64,000 bases of DNA. It comes from an uncultured Gaiellaceae bacterium. Lineage in GTDB: Bacteria > Actinomycetota > Thermoleophilia > Gaiellales > Gaiellaceae. The stretch spans positions 6,359 through 70,358 of the forward strand of contig CAVUCT010000013.1 in NCBI GenBank assembly GCA_963740105.1, read 5' to 3'. Below, piece by piece: positions 56,770 through 64,000 of this stretch. Position numbers and translations under genes: made by a program. The notes under the pieces were generated by a model. It made no database searches. It was not told the DNA's origin and was given only the letters and a program-made list of their open reading frames with translations. How positions within the stretch are numbered: position 1 is the stretch's first letter; each line of letters opens with the position of its first letter.

Positions 56770-57941
56770 TGCTGATCTCGATCGACCGGGTCGAGACGAT
56801 CGTCGTGCGGCTTCCACCCCGCTCCGACTTCCGCTGGCTGTCCCTGTCGCGGCCGCTCGGCGAATTCGTGCTCGTACGTATCGAGGCCAACGGCTTCGAG
56901 GGCTGGGGCGAGGTGGTCGGACTGCGCGACTGGGGCGACGCCGATGGGAGGCGACACGGTGAGACGCCGGCGACGATCTCGGCGATCGTCCACGAGTACC
57001 TCGCGCCTGCGCTCGCCGAGCGCCCGTTCTCGCTCGGAGAAGTCTCGACCCGCCTCGACGAGGTCGTGGTCGGAAATCCGTACGCGAAGGCGCTTCTCGA
57101 CATCGCGCTGCACGACCTCGTCGGTCATGCGCACGGCGTTCCCGTTCATGCACTCCTCGGAGGCCTGGCGCGCGAGGAGGTTCCGGTCGCGCACATGCTC
57201 GGGCTGGCCGAAGACGACGAAGCCGTCGCCGAGGGCCAGTCCGCGGTCGCAGACGGCGTGCGTGCGCTGCAGGTCAAGGGAGGACGCGACGACCAGCGCG
57301 ACGCTCGTCTCATCGGACGCCTGCGCCAGGAGCTCGGAGATCAGGTGCTCCTCAGGCTCGACGCGAACGGCGGCTACCGGGGGCGAGCCCGGGCGAGCCG
57401 CGCCGTGGATGCGCTCGCTGAGGCCGGGGTCGACATCGTGGAGCAGCCCCTGCTCGGCCTCGCCGACCTCGGAGAGGTGACATCCGTCTCGTCCATTCCG
57501 GTGATTGCGGACGAAGCGTGCTGGACGCCCTCCGACGCGCTCGAAATCGTGGCGCGGCGCGCAGCCGACGCCCTGTCCGTCTACGTCGGCAAGGCGGGCG
57601 GCATCGCTCGCGCGCGTGAGGTGTGCGGTATCGCCCGGGCCGCCTCGCTTCCGCACGATCTGAACGGCGCGCTCGAGCTCGGCATCGGCAATGCGGCGAA
57701 CCTCCACGTCGCCCTCGCATCCCCTGCCGAGCTGCTGCCGTGCGTCATCCCAGTCAACGCCCCCGAGGGCGCGTACCCGACCGCGACCGCCGGCCGCTAC
57801 TTCACCGACGACGTGGTCGTCGAACCGTTCGCCTACCGCGACGGAGCTCTCCTTCCGAGCACGACGCCCGGCCTCGGGGTCGAGGTGGACCTGCAGAAGG
57901 TCGCCCACTACCGCGTCGACGGGCGCGAGACCACCGGCTGA
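56769..57941 (+). CDS. Enolase-superfamily enzyme (mandelate racemase/muconate lactonizing family)
   Basis: ORF 56769..57941: ALLDIALHDLVGHAHGVPVHALLGG, LQVKGG, RLDANGGY, IVEQP, VIADE. Confidence 0.85.
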   Translation: MLISIDRVETIVVRLPPRSDFRWLSLSRPLGEFVLVRIEANGFEGWGEVVGLRDWGDADGRRHGETPATISAIVHEYLAPALAERPFSLGEVSTRLDEVVVGNPYAKALLDIALHDLVGHAHGVPVHALLGGLAREEVPVAHMLGLAEDDEAVAEGQSAVADGVRALQVKGGRDDQRDARLIGRLRQELGDQVLLRLDANGGYRGRARASRAVDALAEAGVDIVEQPLLGLADLGEVTSVSSIPVIADEACWTPSDALEIVARRAADALSVYVGKAGGIARAREVCGIARAASLPHDLNGALELGIGNAANLHVALASPAELLPCVIPVNAPEGAYPTATAGRYFTDDVVVEPFAYRDGALLPSTTPGLGVEVDLQKVAHYRVDGRETTG

Positions 57942-58918
57942 TGGCCAACGTCGGGATCACGTGCGGCGGCGTGTGGTGGCCGACGGAGTACTTCCAGGCC
58001 GCCGAGGATCTCGAGTTCGACGCGATCTGGACGGGAGAGCACATCGTGTTCCACCGGCCCATCCTCGACGCCGTCCCCGTGCTCGCCGGCATCGCGGCGG
58101 TGACGAAGCGCATCCTCCTCGGTCCGGCCGCGATCTTGACTCCCCTCCGCCACCCCACGATGCTCGCGAAGGAGCTCGCGACCCTGGACATCATCTCGGG
58201 CGGGCGGCTGATCGTTGTCGCGGGCGTGGGCGGCGACTTTCCGAAGGAGTTCGAAGCTGCCGGAGTTCCCATGGCCAGGCGGGGGCGCCGGACGACGGAG
58301 ACGATCGAGATCATGCGCAAGTACTGGACGGAGGAGACGTTCTCGTACGAGGGCTCCGTCTTCCAGCTCGAGGACGTCTGGTTGACGCCCAAGCCCGTTC
58401 AGGCAGGCGGCCCGCCGATCTGGCTCGCCGGTCGGAGCGCGGCAGCGATCACCCGCGCGGCTCGCCTCGGCGACGGCTACATGCCCTACATGTACACGGC
58501 CGAGCGCTGCCGGGCGGCGTTCGAGGAAGTGCAGGAGGAGGCAGAGCGGCTCGGCGTCGAGCTCAGTCCGAGGTTCGTCCAGTCCGCGTTCGTGTACGTG
58601 AGCATGAACGACTCTCCCGAACGTGCACGTGAGCTCGGAATCCGCGATCTGTCCTGGCGCTACGGCAAGGACTTCACGCCCTGGATCGACAAGTACTGCG
58701 TCCACGGAACGCCGGAGACGTGCGCGCTCCAGCTCCGCGAATTCGTCGACGTCGGGATCGAGCATCTGGCGCTCGGGATGATCCACGAGGAAAGCGTCGC
58801 GCTCGACCCCGCGCCGTCGCGTGCTGCTTCAGGCCTCACGCTGGCGACGCTCGAGCGCTACGCGCGCGAGCTCCTGCCCGTGCTCCACGCGGCTGCTGGC
58901 GCACGACCGACGGCGTGA
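57941..58918 (+). CDS. Luciferase-like (LLM class) flavin/F420-dependent oxidoreductase
   Basis: Last 325 codons of ORF 57623..58918, starting at ATG 57941: FDAIWTGEHIVF, LATLDIISGGRLIVVAGVGG, PPIWLAGRS. Confidence 0.8.
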   Translation: MANVGITCGGVWWPTEYFQAAEDLEFDAIWTGEHIVFHRPILDAVPVLAGIAAVTKRILLGPAAILTPLRHPTMLAKELATLDIISGGRLIVVAGVGGDFPKEFEAAGVPMARRGRRTTETIEIMRKYWTEETFSYEGSVFQLEDVWLTPKPVQAGGPPIWLAGRSAAAITRAARLGDGYMPYMYTAERCRAAFEEVQEEAERLGVELSPRFVQSAFVYVSMNDSPERARELGIRDLSWRYGKDFTPWIDKYCVHGTPETCALQLREFVDVGIEHLALGMIHEESVALDPAPSRAASGLTLATLERYARELLPVLHAAAGARPTA

Positions 58919-60372
58919 GCGAGGCGGCTCCGCCCGAGTGGGACCTCCTTCGGCGTCGTCCCGACGCAGGGCTCGCGGCTGCCGAACCCGGCTCGTCGTT
59001 GACGGTTGCCGAGCTCCGCCGCGCGTCGCTCGCGACGGCCGCGCACCTCCGGACCGTGGGCGTCGTCGCGGGAGACCGGGTCGTGATCGCGCTCCCAAAC
59101 GGCGTGGCATTCGTGAGCGCCTACCTGGGCGTGCGGCTGTGCGGAGCGGTGCTCGTCAACGTCCCGTGGCAGTGGCGGCGGGAGCTCGTGCACGTCGTCA
59201 CCGAGAGCGGTGCGCGAGCCGCGTTCCTCGATCCGAGAGTCGACGCCGAGTCGGCAGCCGAAGTTCGCCGCTCGGTGAAAACGCTGGAAGCCGCGAACGC
59301 GTTCGAAGCGGACGCTACAGCCGACGAGAAAGAGCTGCCCGAGCGCGACCCCGAAGCCGTTGCGTGGCTCGCCTACACCTCCGGGACGACCGGAGAGCCA
59401 AAGGGAGCCGTGCACACGGAGACGACGATGCGACTGATGACCGACGGCTTCGTGAGCCGGTACGGCCTCGCGCCCGGCGACGTCGTGCTCGTGGCCGCTC
59501 CGGTCGGACATGCGGTCGGCTTCGTCTACGGCGTCGAGCTCGCGCTCAGCGCCGGGTGCCCGATGGTCCTGATGCCCACCTGGGACGCGGCCGCGTTCGC
59601 ACAGCTGACGGCCGCGCACAGATGCACGTTCGTCGCGGCCGCCACTCCCTTCCTCTTCGACGTCGTCGATCATGCAGAGCGCCACGGAGCGGGTGAGCTC
59701 GAGAGCCTGCGCGTCTTCCTGTGCGGCGGCGCTCCGGTCTCGACCGCGCTCCTCGAACGAGCGCGCGCAGTCCTTCCGCAGACCGATGCGACCGCGTACT
59801 ACGGCACATCGGAGTGTGGAGGTGTCGCTACGTGCCCGCCCGACGCTCCGGAACAGAAGAAGCTGACGACCGACGGACTGCCGCTTCCAGGCATGGAGAT
59901 ACGGATCCTTGATGGGGAACTGCAGGTCCGTGGACCACAGCTCGCGCGGGGCTACTGGGGTGCACGCGACCAGAGCCGCTTCCACGCGGACGGCTGGTTC
60001 GCGACCGGCGACGAGGCGATCGTGGATGCCGACGGCTACGTCCGCATCGGCGGCCGGCTCGACGACCGGATCGTCCGTGGTGGTGTCAACGTCTCTCCCC
60101 TCGAGATCGAAGAGGTTCTCGGTACCCATCCGCACGTGCGCGAGGTCGCGGTGGGCGGCACGTCGGACGAGCGTCTGGGCGAGCGCATCGGCGCGCTCGT
60201 GGTGGCCGAGGGGCCGGCACCCACGCTCGACGACCTTCGCCGCCACTGCCAGGTTGCGGGTCTCGCGAAGGTCAAGTGGCCGGAGCTCGTCGCCTCCGCG
60301 ACCGAGCTTCCGCGTTCGCCCAGCGGCAAGCTCCTGCGGACCGAGCTACCGCGACTCCTCGCCTCCCGATGA
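58915..60372 (+). CDS. AMP-dependent synthetase/ligase (ANL superfamily, acyl-CoA synthetase-like)
   Basis: Last 485 codons of ORF 58720..60372, starting at GTG 58915: LAYTSGTTGEPKGAVHT, YGTSECG, GWFATGDEAIVDADGYVRIGGRLDDRIVRGGVNVSPLEIEE, PRSPSGKLLR. Confidence 0.88.
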   Translation: MSEAAPPEWDLLRRRPDAGLAAAEPGSSLTVAELRRASLATAAHLRTVGVVAGDRVVIALPNGVAFVSAYLGVRLCGAVLVNVPWQWRRELVHVVTESGARAAFLDPRVDAESAAEVRRSVKTLEAANAFEADATADEKELPERDPEAVAWLAYTSGTTGEPKGAVHTETTMRLMTDGFVSRYGLAPGDVVLVAAPVGHAVGFVYGVELALSAGCPMVLMPTWDAAAFAQLTAAHRCTFVAAATPFLFDVVDHAERHGAGELESLRVFLCGGAPVSTALLERARAVLPQTDATAYYGTSECGGVATCPPDAPEQKKLTTDGLPLPGMEIRILDGELQVRGPQLARGYWGARDQSRFHADGWFATGDEAIVDADGYVRIGGRLDDRIVRGGVNVSPLEIEEVLGTHPHVREVAVGGTSDERLGERIGALVVAEGPAPTLDDLRRHCQVAGLAKVKWPELVASATELPRSPSGKLLRTELPRLLASR

Positions 60373-62336
60373 CCGCGATCCTGGACGGGATCGTTGTCCG
60401 CGTGCTCACCGACGAGCCCGCTGCGGCGGTCTGCGTGCATCACCTGCAGGCGCTAGGAGCGGCGACGACTGAGGCGGCGACCCCGCCGGCGGACGTCGTG
60501 CTCGCGGATCGGCACACCGAACTCTCCGACAGTGCAGGCGCTGCACTCGTCTGCACGTTCGAAGCGCATGCGATCGGCGGTGGCCTCGTGGCGTCCGAGA
60601 CCACCGCGCAGGCGGCCATTGGCCTCACGGACTACGTCGGACGCGCCGACGGGCCGGCGGTACGACTGGGAAGCGACGTAGGCACCGTCGTTGCCGGATT
60701 CAGCGCCGTCCAGGCGATCCTCGCGTGGCTCCATGGAGGCAGAGCGAACGAGACGCGACACGACGTGGCGGTCTCTCCGCTTCGCGCCCTCGCCACGCTG
60801 AAGACGATCCTCTGGGCTGCGCGCACCCGACCGGACGAATGGGTCGGGACACACGTCCGCTCGCGCGACCGGCTCGTCGACTCGGGGTATCGCACCCGAG
60901 AGGGGCGGATCACGCTCGACTTCCCCGTCGGTGCGGAGCGGCCATGGGCGGCGTTCGTTGACGAGCTTGGCCTCGACGCGGCGACGAGCGCACGACTCGC
61001 GGAGCGCTGGCACGAGTCCGTGGGCTGGGGAGACGACGTGGATCTCGCCCGGCCGCTGTACGAGGAGCGACTCGCCGAGCTCGCGACGGACGACGCCGTG
61101 GAGCTCGTCCGCCGGAACGGGGGCTCGTCCGTCCCGTTCCAGACGCTCGCCGAATGCCTCGACCACCCTCAGTCGCAGGCGCTCGGCTTGAGCGCCGACG
61201 GCAACCCGGCGCTCCCGTACCGGGTCGAGGCGCTCGGCCGACTGCGCGTGGCGAGCTCCGGTCGCGATCCCGAGCGGCCGCTCGCGGACGTGCGCGTGGT
61301 CGACTTCGGCGTCGGTGGCGTCGGGCCCTTTGCCGCAACGCTCCTCGCGTGGCTCGGTGCCGACGTCGTCAAGGTCGAGGCGCCCAACGAGTTCATCCTC
61401 GACGTGCGCCCGACGGTCGGCGGGCTGAGCACGACCTATCTCGCCCTGAACCAAGGCAAACGATCCGTTCGGCTCGATCTGAAGAACGAGGCCGACCGCG
61501 AGCTCGCTCGTGGGCTCGTCGCGGATGCGGACGTCGTCATCGAGAACTTCCGTCCCGGCGCGCTCTCACGCGTCGGGTTCGGATTCGACGAGCTGAGCTC
61601 ACTCAACCCGCGGCTCGTCTACTGCTCCGTCACCGGCTTCGGCGGGGTCGGCCCGCTCTCCGGTGAGCCGTGCACTGACCCCCACATGCAGGCGTTCAGC
61701 GGCTTCGCGATGACGAACGCAGACGAGGAAGGCCTCCCCAGGCGGATTCGGTACTACGGCTTTGTCGATCTCGTCACGTCGACGGTCGCCGCGGAGGCCG
61801 TCTGCGCCGCGCTTCTGGCACGACGCGCTGTGGGAGGACCCGTTCGGGTCGAGACCTCGATGCTCGAGGCCGTGACCGACGTGCTGCGGACGTCGGCGAA
61901 GCTCCCTCGCCACGAGCTCGACGGTCTGGTTCGCGCGCGCGACGGCGACGTCGCGGTCACGTGTCGATCCGCGGGCGACGTGGCCGCGCTCCGAGACGCG
62001 CTCGGCCCCGATCGAGCCGGCTCTCTCGAGAATATCGAGCAGCGCCTCGCCGCACTCCCCGTGGCTGAGGTCGTGCGGCTGCTCGGCGAGCGCGGCGTTG
62101 CGGCCGCAGCCGTCAGCCGCGACGAGGACGTGCTCACCCGCGAGGAGTACCGCCACGCGGGGTTGATCCGTGACCTACCCGTTCCCCACGCCGATCCGCT
62201 CGCGGCCGGCGGCCCTCCCTGGCTCGGGTGCGGTCAGCTCAGCCCGCCCGCCGCGCCACTACCCGGCGCCGACACCGCGGCGCTGCGCGCCGATCCTTCG
62301 GCGTTCTGGAGGAGGCGTCCCGCGGCGTCGGCGTGA
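60369..62336 (+). CDS. Fused double family-III (CaiB/BaiF) CoA-transferase; N-terminal copy degenerate
   Basis: Last 655 codons of ORF 60276..62336, starting at ATG 60369. The C-terminal half is canonical (VRVVDFGVGGVGPFAATLLAWLGADVVKVEAP, ENFRPGALSRVGF, YCSVTGFG, TDPHMQAFSGF). The N-terminal half has the same fold signature but diverges (ILDGIVVRVLTDEPAAAVCVHHLQALGA, ASETTAQAAIGL). Confidence 0.8.
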   Translation: MTAILDGIVVRVLTDEPAAAVCVHHLQALGAATTEAATPPADVVLADRHTELSDSAGAALVCTFEAHAIGGGLVASETTAQAAIGLTDYVGRADGPAVRLGSDVGTVVAGFSAVQAILAWLHGGRANETRHDVAVSPLRALATLKTILWAARTRPDEWVGTHVRSRDRLVDSGYRTREGRITLDFPVGAERPWAAFVDELGLDAATSARLAERWHESVGWGDDVDLARPLYEERLAELATDDAVELVRRNGGSSVPFQTLAECLDHPQSQALGLSADGNPALPYRVEALGRLRVASSGRDPERPLADVRVVDFGVGGVGPFAATLLAWLGADVVKVEAPNEFILDVRPTVGGLSTTYLALNQGKRSVRLDLKNEADRELARGLVADADVVIENFRPGALSRVGFGFDELSSLNPRLVYCSVTGFGGVGPLSGEPCTDPHMQAFSGFAMTNADEEGLPRRIRYYGFVDLVTSTVAAEAVCAALLARRAVGGPVRVETSMLEAVTDVLRTSAKLPRHELDGLVRARDGDVAVTCRSAGDVAALRDALGPDRAGSLENIEQRLAALPVAEVVRLLGERGVAAAAVSRDEDVLTREEYRHAGLIRDLPVPHADPLAAGGPPWLGCGQLSPPAAPLPGADTAALRADPSAFWRRRPAASA

Positions 62337-62375
62337 GGTGTCGGCAGCATTACGTACGCTGTATCCTCGTCGGCG

Positions 62376-63068
62376 GTGACTACTCCGGCGACCTCGAATC
62401 CGCTCCCGGTCTCCTTTCCGGATCACGTCCGGCAGCTGCTCGAGAGCGAGATCATCGAGGGCCGGCTAGCCGCCGGAGAGCGTGTCTCGGAGGATCAGCT
62501 CGCGCGTCGCCTCGGCGTGAGCCGCACGCCGGTCCGCGAGGCGATGCGCGTACTCGAAGGGCACGGCCTGATCGTTCGCCGCCGCGGGAAAGGCGCGTAC
62601 GTCGCGGGTCCGACGAGCACCGATGAGGCGCGCGCCCTGTATGCGCTCCGCACTCCGCTCGAGTGCTTCCTCGCCGCGCAGGCCGCTGAGAACATCACCG
62701 CACCCGAGTTGAGCGAGCTCGAGCGCCTGAGCGCCGAGTTCCGGGTCGCTGTTGCCGCACCGGACGGAGAGCTGCCGCGACTCATCGAGGCCGACTCCGC
62801 GCTGCACTGGTGCATCTACGACGCGGCGCGCTCCGACCTCGTCTCCGTCGTTCGCAGCTACTGGGGTCGTCTGCTGCGCGAGCTCTACACCCGCGTCTAC
62901 CTCGACGGCCTGCCCGAGCACTTCGCGAACCAGCACGACGAGATCGTCGCCGCGCTGCGGGCCGGAGACGGGGAAGCTGCCCACCAGGCGATGGAGCAGC
63001 ACATCGCCGACGGCTGGGAGGTCGTGCGGACCAGCTTCGAGTCCGCCGACCGCACGAACCCCTCGTGA
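62376..63068 (+). CDS. GntR-family transcriptional regulator (FadR/FCD subfamily)
   Basis: ORF 62376..63068 has the wHTH SEDQLARRLGVSRTPVREAMRVLEGHGLIVRRRGKGAYV, followed by an all-helical FCD-like domain. Confidence 0.88.
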   Translation: MTTPATSNPLPVSFPDHVRQLLESEIIEGRLAAGERVSEDQLARRLGVSRTPVREAMRVLEGHGLIVRRRGKGAYVAGPTSTDEARALYALRTPLECFLAAQAAENITAPELSELERLSAEFRVAVAAPDGELPRLIEADSALHWCIYDAARSDLVSVVRSYWGRLLRELYTRVYLDGLPEHFANQHDEIVAALRAGDGEAAHQAMEQHIADGWEVVRTSFESADRTNPS

Positions 63069-63097
63069 AGCACACCGTGCGCGAGGGCTCGTAGCGA

Positions 63098-64000
63098 ATG
63101 CTGCCGGCCGCGGCGAGCGTCGCGAATCTCTGCCGTGGCGGCGCCAGACGCGCCCCCGAGCGCGTCGCGATCGAATGGGACGGCGGCGAGATCGCGTTCG
63201 CAGCGCTGGACCGGAGAACCGAGTCGCTCGCACGGCACTTCCAGGACGCCGTGGAGCCCGGCCGGCGCGTCGGTCTGTACTGCGCGAATCGCGTCGAGTG
63301 GATCGAGGCGTACGTCGCTGCACACAAGGCCGGGATCCCGGTCGTGCCGATCAACCACCGCTACCGCAGCAGGGAAGTCGACCACATCGTCGCCGAGGCG
63401 GGCCTCGGGCTCGTCATACGCGACGACACGGCCTCCGACGACGCTCGCGTCCAGAGTGCGCTCGACTCTGTCGGAACGCTCGCCGTCGGCGACGACTTCG
63501 ACCGTGCGGCCGGTGGCTCGGCCGAGCGTGTCGCGCCGCGAGAGACGGCGGAAGACGTGCTCGTGTACACGTCCGGCACGACCGCGCTTCCGAAGGGGGT
63601 CGTCTACACGCGCGCCACGCAGGTGACCTCGGTGTTCGTGCCGCAGATGGCGGTCGGGTACGACCCCTCCGACCGCTTCCTGCTCTTCACACCGCTCGCG
63701 CATCGCGCGGCGCAGCCTCTGCTCCTGTGCGCCCTCTTCATGGGTGCCACGACCCGTCTCCTCACCGAGTACAGCCCCGCCGCTCTGGTCTCGGCGATCC
63801 GCGACCGCGACGTCACGGCTCTCGTCGCCGTCCCGACGGCCCTGAAGGACATCCTCGGGCTGAGGCGCGCCGAAGAGCTCGGGCCGATGCTCGGCGTCCG
63901 TCACGTGTTCCTCTCGGGGGAGAGCGTTGGCTCCCACCTGCTCGAGGCGGTCAGCTCCTCGTTCCCGAATGCGCGCTTCAGCTCCGCGTACGGGAGCACC
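63098..64000 (+). CDS. AMP-dependent synthetase/ligase, second copy (5' 301 codons; continues past the right window edge)
   Basis: Own translation from ATG 63098: MLPAAASVANLCRGGARRAPERVAIEWDGGEIAFAALD..., AMP-binding motif LVYTSGTTALPKGVVYT, ...FLSGESVG. The frame stays open to position 64000. Confidence 0.85.
   Translation, partial: MLPAAASVANLCRGGARRAPERVAIEWDGGEIAFAALDRRTESLARHFQDAVEPGRRVGLYCANRVEWIEAYVAAHKAGIPVVPINHRYRSREVDHIVAEAGLGLVIRDDTASDDARVQSALDSVGTLAVGDDFDRAAGGSAERVAPRETAEDVLVYTSGTTALPKGVVYTRATQVTSVFVPQMAVGYDPSDRFLLFTPLAHRAAQPLLLCALFMGATTRLLTEYSPAALVSAIRDRDVTALVAVPTALKDILGLRRAEELGPMLGVRHVFLSGESVGSHLLEAVSSSFPNARFSSAYGST

Overview
This is a very GC-rich chromosomal window (third codon positions almost all G/C) that looks Actinobacteria-like. 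About two thirds is the universal transcription/translation supercluster. It lies entirely on the minus strand and is mostly translationally coupled. From 44.7 to 32.6 kb it runs tRNA-Met(CAU)-rpmG-secE-nusG-rplK-rplA-rplJ-rplL-rpoB-rpoC. From 25.6 to 5.3 kb it runs rpsL-rpsG-fusA-tuf and then the S10/spc/alpha operons (rpsJ to rplQ). truA-HAD-ligA sit at the left edge. Two accessory insertions break this block. The first is a ~7 kb island between rpoC and rpsL with three paralogous TM-GAF-GGDEF proteins (one catalytic, two degenerate), an orphan RskA-like membrane protein and a 621-aa exported protein. The second is a P450/Kelch/NfeD set between rplQ and truA. The right third holds tdk, a Zur-type zinc module (znuA-znuC-znuB divergent from zur-rhodanese) and a ~15 kb plus-strand, GntR-associated catabolic cluster of unknown substrate. 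That cluster is built around two HAL/PAL-fold paralogues lacking the Ala-Ser-Gly MIO triad, a CDO-type cupin, an Amidohydrolase_2 protein, HyuB/HyuA, an enolase-superfamily enzyme, an LLM oxidoreductase, two ANL ligases and a fused double family-III CoA-transferase. It is my best candidate for an undescribed system. Four apparent single-base insertions break otherwise perfectly conserved genes (rplD twice, znuB, the second HAL paralogue). Many ribosomal proteins carry long charged extensions, including ~170 aa at the N-terminus of S17. The beta-prime subunit has an enlarged insertion, and small conserved hairpin/repeat elements sit at operon junctions. I saw no CRISPR array, rRNA, transposase, integrase or recognisable defence genes.
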